Shown one piece after another: positions 1 through 12,500 of a DNA stretch of 64,000 nt. The translations under genes were made by a program, and so were the position numbers. The DNA is from Balanoglossus misakiensis (lineage: Eukaryota; Animalia; Hemichordata): NCBI GenBank assembly GCA_040954595.2, contig CM082579.2, positions 5,693,625 to 5,757,624 of the forward strand, read 5' to 3'. Under the pieces are notes generated by a model that saw nothing but the letters and a program-made list of their open reading frames with translations, had not been told where the DNA came from and did not search any database. Positions within the stretch are counted from its first letter, which is position 1, and the number at the start of each line of letters is the position of its first letter.

Positions 1-972
1 GTCCTTTTGTATACATTGGGTCGAAACATCAGCGTTCCATGTATCTGTGGCTTGTGTCTGAGACACGCACTATGTCAACAGTCAACTAGTCACAATAAGA
101 CGTCAGTTTACAAATCACTAGGCAACAACCACTATGACAACATCGTACCCACAGTTGTCATGGCAACTTGATAGAATGGAAAGAGAGAAAGTTATTATAT
201 TATTTTTTTAGGCACTAATCGATGGACATTATTTCATTTTAAGTATAACACATAACAGTATTTCTCCCTTAAGAAGGGGGTGACTTCAGAGCTTTTGAGC
301 ACATGGGTAACAAAACAGATTATATAAAGATTTTGATTTTTAAAAGGTGTTACAACAGTAGAGTGCTATCAGTACAACAGTGAACTCTCTTTGGATCTTA
401 TCAACACTTCTTACAGCCGACACTCATTGCATGACATGACTTCAGGTTGTTTGTCATTTCCCTCATAGCCTTCTGGTGGTTACAGGTGTTCAGATGCTAA
501 CATATTTTTCTGTCCATCATTCATCAGGATATATTTCACACACAACAGTTGCTGCTAAAAACCATTTCAAACTTTGGCGACTACCTTTGGTAATGACTCG
601 CAGTCACACTGCTAATAGCCACACAGAAGTCTCTCACAGTTCGAAAGGCAGCTGTGACGTGACCGAACACTGCGCTGACAACGTCATGCATGTCACAATC
701 TTTGATGCCAGCTGCAAAGTGCTGATAATTTCCATCGACACAAGCAGGGGATCGACCCAGGTTGGAAGATACCTCACAATTGGATTATGCAAAACTTGCA
801 TCAATCTCGTCAATTCTTTGCCTTGCAAAATACAGATTTTAACATGTTATACGTTATCTCAACACACATTTCAAATATATCCACATCATTTTCTTTTCAG
901 AAACTTTTTGAAATCATTATTTTTGCAATACTTCAACTGGTGTTTTGACATGTAAGGTACCCTCTGTATTGG

Positions 973-1042
973 TTCAACCCTCATCTGCTGAGAAAAAAAT
1001 GTCTGGTTTCGATGGGTACACAGACTAACAGGGGTTGAGAGG
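973..1042. repeat. Degenerate copy of the short palindromic element
   Basis: Inverted ends tcaaccc...ggggttga. Shares tttcgatggg and acaga..aacaggggtt with the copy near 48800. Confidence 0.4.
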
Positions 1043-1753
1043 TCCTAAAACTATTCTCAGCCACTATGCATTTGTGACCAGTGTGCGCTGATAGACCCCT
1101 GTATATCTGTCACTGTTGTCATAGCAACACAAGGACTCAATCATAACCGTCCCCTTAAAAGTCAGTTAAACTCTGAGTTCATTCAGTGAAGCAAGATCAG
1201 CTTGTTCAAACCAACCCGGCCATTTTCATGACCCGATTTGCACTCATTATAATAAACCTTTTCGGAGAACTTTACCCCCCTCAAACCCTTCGCAAAGTCC
1301 ATACCCTTTCCGTAAGTGATTTACAAAAAATCCTGGAAACACCTGACCCGACTACAACATATAAAGTCCCCACGAACTTTGAAATGTCAATGATTACACT
1401 GAGGTGCACACACTTCAATATTGAACGCACTGCATAGCACACAACGGACACTTTTTTTTTCTCAAAATACTGGTAATAATTTTGTGTGTGAGCTCCACTG
1501 GAACGCCCCTCACAAAATAAAAACACCTCCAGAGTAGAATTTACAGTGAAAAATTGCACATTATTTCATCAAATATCTTGCTTTGTACAGAACATGGAAT
1601 TCAACTATAGACAATGCGTGATGAATAATCACAGAAAGCATCTTATAATTACACAAGTTAGAACTGCCTTCCAATTTCTACATTTACAACATTAACAAAA
1701 GAACATTCTTTACAATTCCATAAAAGTCCTATCCAAAACATTCTTTCTTGCAT

Positions 1754-1759
1754 TTTATT
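1754..1759 (-). terminator. Candidate polyadenylation signal AATAAA (would give a 3'-UTR of about 1.7 kb)
   Basis: AATAAA on the minus strand followed by GU/U-rich tgttttgg and tgttcttttgtt. The true 3' end is not verifiable and the UTR could be longer. Confidence 0.3.
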
Positions 1760-2213
1760 TTTTTCAATTAAAAACAAACATTTCCTGCTTTTGCTTTAGA
1801 ATTCCTGTCCCTGCCAAACGTTACTAAAATATCTTTTCCCTTCCGAGGCAGACACAAAACTCCTAAAGCAAATGTCAATTTTCAGTCGCACAAAAATCCT
1901 GCATCTGCAGTCCTATGATATATATTTTTTTCCTGGTTGTTCAGGAAAGGACCGCACAATTTTCCAGATCACAACTCAATCTCTTTTTTTTTCTCTCACT
2001 CTCAAATTTATGCATAAAACTCTGTACCAACACGACAAAGTTTCAACGGCCAACAACCACAAAAACTTTGATTTTAGCACCATTTCACAATATGGAAAGT
2101 TATCGTTTGTGTTAATTTTTCTCTCGAAAAGATATGCTTCAAACCACGCCATTTGTTCTTCCTGTCCGCCTCCATCCCCCAGTTTTCATCTGCACGCCTC
2201 GGCCTTCAAATCA

Positions 2214-2318
2214 GAACCCTTCACACCCCTATTTTGTCTGATACTTTGGTCTAGTCCTATTGAAATCTATAGGTGGGCCACGTAACGCTACACAGACAAA
2301 TAGGGGTTGAAAGGATTC
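2214..2318. mobile_element. Short palindromic MITE-like element (imperfect ~25-bp terminal inverted repeats, central cctat-N8-atagg)
   Basis: The left arm gaacccttcacacccctattttgtctg pairs with the right arm cagacaaataggggttgaaaggattc. Related sequences occur at about 973-1042, 27241-27310 and 48753-48855. Confidence 0.55.
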
Positions 2319-3240
2319 GCTTGCTTGGGTTTCTGCTTTGGAAACTCTAAAGTCTGCACAAGTCTGCCATGTCTGCATGATGTCCCCAAAAATTGAGTAT
2401 CCAAAGCAGAAAACACTCTCACATCTACTATAAACCTAAACCTTTGGAAGGCAAGTTCCATTACAGTATAAAATTACATGTCTTGTTTAGAAATTACGAA
2501 AAAGAAAAAGAGATAAAACAGAGCTGTGCAAATACTTCAGAGATACCATCATTCACACAAATTGTACATTTGCAAACAGATAACATAGTATATTATCACA
2601 TTGATAAAGCTGAAAATTACGATGGTTTCTCTTTTTTTTTCTAATTTGGTTTGAAAATGGTAACCTGAGCAACTATTTCCACGACAACCAGGGATATACC
2701 CCCACCCATCTCTCTCTGTGTGAGCAGAACCAGAACAATTATACTACATGTATATTTGGTTTGTTTGATAAGTGTATAGATAACCATGTTATGTCCTGTA
2801 GGTTTTGGTGTGTATTTTACATTTTGTGACTTTTTATCCCACATGACAACGAATACTAAATAGATGAGTGTGCAGCAATGACTGTTTGTGATGAGTTTCA
2901 CTGTGGTTTAAATACCATAACTACTTTGTTTTACGTGATAAATACCTAGAATATATCATGATTATATTTAATAATGATTATAGTGTCCATCTACAACCAA
3001 TTTCTACATAAAATGTTCAAATATCTCTCTACACTCAGGTACGCACTGTGTCTTTTTTTTTGCATCCAAGAAAGAATATGAAGTCTACCAGAGAAGTGTA
3101 CAAAACATGCACAGTACACAGGTTCCACAGCACAGCCCATATCTTTGGCAAATTATTTGGAAAACATGATTTCTGTTGCTACAATGTATCTCTGCTCTAC
3201 CTCCCCACCCCCAACACACATACAATGCTAACATCCACTG

Positions 3241-3268
3241 GTTGCCATGGTAACAGTTGCTAGGAAAC
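3241..3268. promoter_or_regulatory. Tandem RFX X-box-like motifs (gttgccatggtaac-a-gttgctaggaaac)
   Basis: Both fit the GTNRCC/YN(0-3)RGYAAC-type palindrome. Function is untested. Confidence 0.4.
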
Positions 3269-3472
3269 CAAAGTATGGAAGAGTTAGATGATGAAGTTGC
3301 CTTTTCTACGCAACTTGGTGAGCTCATAAGCAGCCTTCTAGTATTTCTGGATATAATTTTTTTTTTCATGTCAACTAACACTACTGCTTTTAATACCGTC
3401 CTTTATACACTGTTCTACGACCTGATATCTTTTGTGATTCTTTTTTTTTTCTCTCTCTCTGAAAGTGTCTCA

Positions 3473-3592
3473 TTAACCATCGGCTCGGATGGTTTGGTCC
3501 TTCTTCGTCTTGTTGTTCTGGTTGCGTTTGATGCTACCAAATTTACCGAAGAGACTGTGTACGCTGTTCATGATAGGGCCCAGACTCCAGTT
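3473..3592 (-). CDS. APBB2: Last coding exon ([39 protein letters not shown])
   Basis: Acceptor ttttttgtgtgtatcacag|AAC, then 39 codons and TAA TGA. An amphipathic stretch followed by a basic tail resembles Fe65 C-termini. Confidence 0.85.
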   Translation of the reverse strand, partial: NWSLGPIMNSVHSLFGKFGSIKRNQNNKTKKDQTIRADG

Positions 3593-6500
3593 CTGTGATA
3601 CACACAAAAAATACAAAAACACAACATGGATTACAGACAAACGATTATGATGTATGATCAGATTTTGGTAACAGTAACAACAGCAAAAATATCCTCAGCT
3701 CAATGTTATTTGGAAGAGCTCATCTTTCCTTACCTTATTGTCCTGGCCGTGTGATTTGTTAGAATTGATGGGTTTTGAGTCCAGACACTTCTGGTATCTC
3801 AGTTTACACGCAGCTTCTATGGTTTTGGCTAGGCCGCCAGCCGAGTGCTCACAATGGAAAACGTGACAACAGAATTGACTTTTACCAGCACACATGATGT
3901 AGGCAAATTGTCTAGAAAGGAGACACAACAGGAAAAGTGGTTAGTTTGGTAGCTTTTCACAAGTGAACTTCAACACTTTTAATTAATGACACAAAGATAT
4001 TTTTAATTAATGACTGTCCTAGATCAGAGATTGCAAAGTGTTTCTTTTACCTGATGTCTGGTCCAATCCCAAGGAATGATAAGAACCTGACTCTGTGCTC
4101 TGCTAAAACTTCTTTTGTCTGTCAAAAAAACACACACAAAAACAGGTCAGTGAAAACAAATTCCAATCGGTGATGTGATGATTCTAATACGAGCATGTGC
4201 ATACCATGATAGTTGTGTACTTTTGCATTCATGGGAGGCCAAATAAATAGGTGTGGCACTCATTTATTATGGGAATATGTAAATTAGATACCTTGATATC
4301 AGTGACAGTGATGGTTGACGTGGCCACTTCCACCCTGCACAGGGCAAACTCTTCTAAAGGCTTCGTTGCCAGTTTAGCTATGGAGGCATTAAGCGTGTCC
4401 ATTCCTGGAAAAAGAAATCACAGACAAAAAGCATAAATCAGATTAACAATCAAACAAAAATGAAGAGATGAACCACTGGCGCATACAGTTAAAACCACAT
4501 ACACAAGTGACTGAATGCACAAAATGATTATCCTCTATTAGAAAAGTCAGACGAGCGTAAATGTGAGGTGTAACTCAGTTGTATACATTGAAAAGTTAAT
4601 TTTAGGGTCAAACGAAGCCATCAACATTACACAGCCAACATATAATGGGAATGATACGTTCCCCAACCGACGAAAGTCACAGATGCAATCATGTGGTCAG
4701 GATATTCAAACTGTAATCAGGGTATGGCCAAATGAGCAAGGAGAACTACGAAGACTCCCTGCTAATGACAAATTTAATCAGCAGCGATGGACTGATCAGC
4801 TATAAATCAGTCGAGGTAGCCTAATAGCTGTATCACTCCTGGACATCAATTGACGTCACTGAGAAAAAAATACATCAGACTCTACTGGGGTCTAGTCAGT
4901 TGGTTAAAAGCTAATAACACTTCATCCAAATGATTGCGAGAGAAACCACAAATACTGTACTGTCAAGTACAACCAGATTCTTTTTCTACATCTCGTCTCG
5001 TTTCCCTGTAAACTGACTGAAGACAATCAGTGACATTGAAATCACCTTGCCACAGAAGCGATTACGAAACACAGTCACATAGCCAGGCCATGCAACATTG
5101 ATCACGCACACACACTCATACCCAGGGTATGCAACACTAATTACATGCTACATGTAACTGCCTGAAGGATTCAAGCCCTCATGTTTCATTAATGAACCAT
5201 CGCATCAGATGTGTATAGGACAGGGCCCCAAATGACCAACCCAAGTTTCACCCCCACATTCCATCCCTGGATATAATGTAGGTTTAACCAGGTGAACACA
5301 AAATAAAAACAATAAAGCATGCATAGTGAAATGTAGAAGGAGATAAAACACTAAATATTCCCTTCACATTTCTTCCCCAAACCCACAGACGGACGTGGCA
5401 AACGACACGTCTACCTTTATCTCTACAAACTAATGAACTTTAAATATGCATAAGCAAGATCTCATCACAGCTGAGTAAGTGTTTGCCGTTTCCAGCCCGC
5501 ATTTACTAACATGATTTAGGAGCGCAGCACAGAGAGATATTGATTTGATAAGGAGCGATGTACAGGTAATGATGACAGCTTTTACTGACAAACACGAAAG
5601 AATTACAGTTGAATCGAGTGTGACACAACACAATATTCATTGTTAATTTAACGCTAAATATTCGGTATGCTCCAGGAATATGTTAATTTATGAACGTCTG
5701 TTTATATAACTATGCATTTATTCATACAAATCAACAGCCATTTTGGTGCATCACCTCGGTGGAAAATTGCTGACCGGAGCCGGTCAAAACCAGAACAGAC
5801 TAGAATGGAGAAGAGCAGTTAACGTTATCAACTCACCATTTGCCCTGTTGACGTCGGTGCCGCCGACATAATACGCTCTGAACACGGTGGTGGGTTCGGC
5901 TTTGGGTGTTGGGAAGTCCACGACTGAAGAGAGAAAAATCTTTTGTAAGACAGGTTGCAGGTACACGGCGGCCTGGGAGCAGTACGCTGCATTGAGGTTT
6001 TCCCGCTCGGGGCTATAAATGCAGTTTTGGTTCAGATCCGCGCGGTTGGCCTGCTGCAACGTCGTCGAACAGTGTGTCAAAAAGGGCTCGACTCTTGCCA
6101 TAGCCAGACACTGCGCTCTCACTGCAGACGGAGAACCGTCGGACGCTCACGTTGAATACTAATCAAGGTCATTTGCGGAGAGGGACTGAAATTTACGGTC
6201 AGTACATGACAGTCGCACATAATTACGGGCTCCGGGCTACGACGCGACCTGCACTGACTGAGAAGAAGCAACGAGAGACGCTTTCTTGAATCGCTAATGA
6301 GCTGCTTTTAGGAGAAGAAAAAAAAATAGAGAGACTATAAAACATCTTGCAGCATCAGCGCAAATCTCTTCGGCACAACCACCATGGCAACAGGCGGTAA
6401 TAAATGTCAGACAACCGCATCCAGACAGTAATCTACAAACACTTGTCATCAATTCTTCATAATTTTATGCCTCAGATTAAATGAAGGAGGCACCATATGA

Positions 6501-9500
6501 TGACAGCACTGATACAAAATGCAAGCGACTGAATTTTTTATGAAGCGGAATAAAATCAAAGACATTTTTTCTTTCACATTTAATTAAGAAAATTGACCAG
6601 TCTGATGAGATGAGTAAAAACCCAAACACATGATGCTCTAATGAAATGTTTTGATACCATAGAAAGAACGCATTCCCTGTTTTGTTTGGTGACATTAAAG
6701 AAAAATAGAGGACAAATTGACAGATGGGCTTTTCAGAAGGGGGCATTGAGGACACGAGATAGCCACATTAAAGTGGGACTACTAATTCCCCAGGAGAGGC
6801 CTGCCAATGCATGTCTTTGCTGCAGATTGTCTGCGCGCAGGATAATTATTCGCAGAGGTGATAACATTCAGGTGACTTCACACGTAGGCTGAACACTACT
6901 TTCGCTTCCATTCCTCTCACTCAGACACCTTCGCAAAATTTGTCGCGTCAGCTGATGTATATTGAGCGCTGTTTGTTGCAAGAGAAATGATGGGGGTGTG
7001 GGCACTTCTATGAGGTGTGCATTGAAAGAAAAATGGACGTGGTGGAGCGGTGTTGTATAGTGCCCTCTACTGGCCAAAATCACCGCAAAAGTGTGCGTCA
7101 CAGGACACTTTGCACTTCAGTTCAATGGACCCAGGTGGTGAGCGAAATCAAAAATGTTCACAATGCAACATTTAGAATGATTATTAAATCATTATGCGTA
7201 TGTACATGTACATGTATGTCTGCGTGTGTGTGTGTGTGTGTGTGCACGTGTGCTTGTATGTGCATGCATACATTCATGTCTGTCTGCCGCAGCCTGCCTA
7301 TGGGGGCTGCTGAGCTCTGGTGATTTTTGCATGTACCAGTGTGTGAATGACAATGAGACCTGGCACTACTTATTAACAAAACACCCGCCATTTCCAAATC
7401 AGCAACTGTGTAAAACCTCTTGACATCGTCGCCGGCAAACTGTACCATCTTGCCACACACACACACTTTAACACTTTATGAAAACTGACACGTCAAAAAA
7501 TTCAATTATTTTCTTCATTTGGAAGTTTGTCCCAGCTAATCTGCGGTCGCTATGCTCTGTCACAGGCTGTCACAGCGCCTAATGAAATCTATCACTTATC
7601 TGCCGGGCACTTCATACTTTTCAACTGACAAACTGGAGGCGAAAAGATGAATTTTAGCATCCGTGTCGGTTCTGTCGCGCACAGAGAGCAAGCGGCACCC
7701 ACTAAAAACTGATCCAATAAATTAAGGCTCTAACGATCAATTATGCTTGGAAAACAAAACGTGCAGAAATCTGACAGTTGCAGATTTCTTTTCAATTTTT
7801 TGTTCAATCATAGACTGTTGGAGGAGAATATTAGAAGAGCATTGCAATCCTTGTGACAAATCTGGAAATTGTCATTCATGGAATGTTGGATGAAATGATT
7901 TGACGGCTCAGATGAAATGTCACCATCTGATGCTCTATTTCCAAATTTTTATCAGGTCTATCATTCATAACTGCTGAACATACATGTTCTTTCTATGACT
8001 GTGTTGTTTCTGTGTTCATGTGTGTTACAGTCATTTCACTTTGCACTATAAATCCCCCAGACTGCGCTAATCGGGGTCAGATAGCTATATGCTTTGTTGT
8101 TATTAGTGTTCGCACAGTGGATTATTCCAAGATATGACAAACTTAATCCCGTGCGCAGGTATGCCTAGTGCCATGACTGGACTTAATTTGTGGTTTTACC
8201 AAGTACCGATACATGACTTGTGCAAATCCATATCAAGTGTTCCTATTCAGGTTTGACTCATGCTTTTGTGGGAAAAAACATTGATATTCTATGCTAGTGA
8301 GTTGCTTCAATAAAACTTGGTGGGAGAATGATGCACCTACCTTGAGTTGGTAAAGATTCAATCTTCTCTAAATCTCTCTTGGTGGTTGCAGGACGCGCCG
8401 ACTGCGGGATATGGGTGGTATGGGGATGCACGACCTGCCCCTGCGTTACCATGGAAATAGCATTGGTTTTCCTCCTCTCTGTCATGACTTTGGAGCAGAT
8501 CTCGTGGAGTGCGTTCGCAATAGCCTTGGCAGGGATGTCGCATCGGAAAACATGACATTTGAATTTTGTGGTTCCTTTGTCTTTGGCGACGTAGGCAAAA
8601 TCCCTGAAAGTTGGCGGGAAGAAAAAGAAAGAAAGCTAAGACCGGAAGTTTTGCATTTCAAGAACACTGCAGCTAATATAAAATGACAAAACATATTGCC
8701 AGAACTGACTCCAACTGGTTTGTTGGTGTAAAAGGCGTGTCCAGTCTATCGAGAGTGTATGACTGATCACAAAACTGAGAGAGCAGTAGTCAACTCACAG
8801 TATACACCAAACAGCCAGGAACACAAAAACCAAACTTATGACATGCAGCGCAAGCAGTTTCATGACATTTGCACAGCAATACAAAACCCTCACTGTCAAT
8901 TCTACAAGAATCTAAGAACCAGACAGTCTGTAAAAAATGTGACGAAGTAGACGATCTTCAACAAATTGTCAGTGTTTTCTTTGCTTTCCTGAATATTAAC
9001 ACCAAACACAGATTTAAGTGGCACATGCAGCCATGGTCATTTATTCACTACAGACGACGAGATCCACTCTTTAACAATGGATCATTCTCCACGGCTTCTG
9101 AGCAGAATTCCCATCAGGATTAGGCTCTCATTTTTTTTCCTCTCTCCAAAATTGGTGTCAAATATTTCTTTTTATCTTTCGATATAGCTAAAGGGTAATG
9201 ATGAGGCGATCAAGAGAAATTGTCGTTTGGCTGGTCGCTTGGTTGCCAAAATGATTAAATGGTGATAAGGCAAATAGACGGCATAAGGGCCGTTCAACTG
9301 GGAATTTGCGAGAGGTTTTTTCCCCCGCTGAAGAAAGGTTGTAAATCGACACCAGGAAGGAAGATGGATAAACGTGAAAGACTTGTGATCACGATGAAAG
9401 GTGCCGAAAAGGTCACAAAGCCTTAGCCTTGGGGGTGGATATAGTCTGCGCTGAACAATTACCCAGTCGGGGGTGCTTCACCAGATTTCAACGAGGAAAC

Positions 9501-12500
9501 CAAACGCGCGCAAAGTTGCTAAGCCGCTGACAGCAAACACTCTCCATTGATTGATATCATCCCACGGAATAATGTCGATTTTCAGACCTGACGTCTAGGA
9601 AAAAAGTGGCCACTTTAGAGAGTCAACATCTAATACTTCAGTAGACTCCCTCCCCCCCCCCCCCCCACCAAACTAAAATGTACGGATGTTACATATTACA
9701 CTGGTAATTTCAAGATAGGGCAACGTACCAATATAGTGCCCAATTTCACTCAATTCACTGCACTGTGTGTTTTGCACATCACCCGGAGGCTGAAATGCAA
9801 ATGAACCCTCATTACTTATTCGCGTCTCCCCCGCATTTCCTTCCTCGTCGCAACTCTACAGCCTCCAATAACCAATCTGTCTGCATCTCTTATTGAACAT
9901 GCTCCTCCCTCACACACAGACATCCACAAGCAACCAGATGACAGGGCAAATAGGGCACAAATATCTTGACCCAAATGTTACGAATTACTGCGCGATATAT
10001 TGAGCAAGACGACAGACAGTCTTGGCACTGTCTAGACATATTTAGAAGGAGCTGAACACACAGAGAACTTAGCCAGGGGCACCTCGATCTGCATAAATAA
10101 TCCAATTTTATAACACAGCTATGATGTACCATGACCTCCGTACAATTTGTCGAGATGTCTATCGGCGGGCATTGGCACGGCTAGATAAAATACTAATCAA
10201 ATAATGTAACTGCAGGCTGAGCTTTATATCCCGACCACCCTTCATTACCTGAAGAGAATTCCAATCCCCCCAACTCCCAATTATACCACAGTTTAGGTCT
10301 CGAACAATTCCAAGTGCTTGTCCCTGGTGAAAATGAAACTGGAACTTTATACAGAGTGTTGGCTTATCTAGGCTAAACATTAGGAATTCCAGTCATAATG
10401 AAACAGCGCTGCGTTTCCTGTTCTTGGAATTTTTTATCGGTGTCACGCCAATTCATTTGTTACACTGGAGATGCATGTCTTATCTCTGTGTGTGTACCCC
10501 ATGAGATCTAAATTTCAAATGAGTAAAGACTCTAGTCGACATATTCATCTCATCCATCTAACAAGACACATCGCTTCTTGCACTCTGTATTGCTGATACT
10601 CCCACTCACAAACCTGTTTTTTTGATAAATTGCAAATAACCTCGCCCGCTTGAAAATAAGCATTAATTCACTTGCCAAAAACACATAAAACCAGGGGCAG
10701 GGTTTAATGGCGATCTAACCCTAAACGCCAAATCTAGAACTTTTTTACAACTCTTGTGAAATATCGATTGGATCGTGAGAATCTGCGACGCAGCCAATTG
10801 GTGTCCTGAAATCACCTTTCTGCTACAGACACACCCAAGTAAATCCCCCCTCAACTTGCAAGAGTAAATTCCCACCGCACCGCCGTCTGCAAATTAATTT
10901 GTGAGCACCACAGGATATGGCCAATTTGCACCTCAGCTGCTGGGACAGCACAAGGATTGATGGAAAAGCCGGCCATTGGAGGCTCTGGCGGTAAGACCCT
11001 ATCCATCATAATCACGGAAATTACTGACAAAACTGGTGTTGATGGATTGATAGGGGTACATGCATGGGGGAAAAGTCTATACGACATTTACAGGGTATCA
11101 TCTGTATTCTCGTTCATCTTGGGATGGTCCTATGGGAGGTACAATACTGAAATTTGCTTCTTTAAACATAATCTTCAACTCTGACAGACTTTGGGGGGAC
11201 AATTGATTTCACCTCTCTGTTTCATTCACCTTTCGCTCACTGGCATTTGATGTTGTTATTCTGAAGTTCCCTGACATACAGGGATGATGCATTGATAGCA
11301 AGAGTTACGTCAGAGGAAATGGGGAAAAATCCACTTGGTACGGCTGTTTTATGATAAACGGTGAAGGGTTCAAAAGTTCGGGAAGCGAGAGCAAGGAGTC
11401 AAGACAAATCCAACTGTTTGATGACGTCACAACTGACGAAAATGGATGATGGAGAAGTCACGCTGAAACCCCACTTTTTTATCAGTGGGACACATTCTCT
11501 GCTAGAGGTGAACAAAAAAAGAAGAAAGGAGATCTTGACGGATCAGCCAGACTGTGAGGGCATTTAACACCAGACAAAATCAACCGAGGCATCCGTTTAC
11601 TTGATTCAGATTAAAAGCACGGTCCATGATTGCGAAAGGACACGGGTTGGGAAAAAAGAGAGAGAGACAAGTGAGAGAATTCTCCTTTTTTGAAAATGTT
11701 AATCTGTCTCTGGGGATGTGCTTGCCATTTCAAAGTATGGCTTGTAACTGCACTACAGACATCTGTTGGAGAATTCTGATTCGGCGACATTACACCATAT
11801 CTATTCACGGCCACAGCTGGGGCCGGCAAAGGTTTTAGAGACACCACGAAAAACAACTTCCTGGTTGAAATAATCGCGCTCAATATTTATCAAGGGATTA
11901 AACTATTTATATCACATCAAAATAACCATCTGCATGAGCTAATATGCAATTCATGAAAATTATAAACCAATACATTAGGATCAATTAGGGCCCACCACAA
12001 TGGCACCTGAGTTAGTTTTGATGGCAGTGATGAATGGACAGCCAGAAGCTGTCGGAGCTTGTTGCTGAACCTCCGGTGCTAATGGATCAGTTTTCAAGGC
12101 ATCATATCTGTGGCGTCCATCTTAATTGTGACAAAACTCTCGGTAATTCCCGGCAAATATGGTTTGACAGCAAGACCCGGTCTTGACAGAACTCCTTTTG
12201 ACATCTCTGACGGTTACAACTAAAGTTGATAAATGCACGACAGTGGCAACAGCTGCACTGATCAAGCCACAAATAATCCAATTAAATCTACATTTGAACT
12301 TTGAGATTAATACGAGCGTTTCTTGATAACGCGCGATATATTTCATTGTTATGCAAACGTTAACAAGATCTGTTAAAAATAAAAACCGTTATCTGGACAC
12401 TCCTCTCACACAAGAGCCCTCTTGACATGATGACTCCATAACTAGTAGATCAGATAATTTTATGGACGTCGATAACAGAGCCATGGTAATATCTGAGATT

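Noticed and set aside
5415-5422. Possible second microexon (tag|AGATAAAG|gtagac or gag|ATAAAG)
   Set aside because: The 8-nt form shifts the frame and the 6-nt form needs a weak GAG acceptor just after a TAG. The pyrimidine tract and donor are poor.
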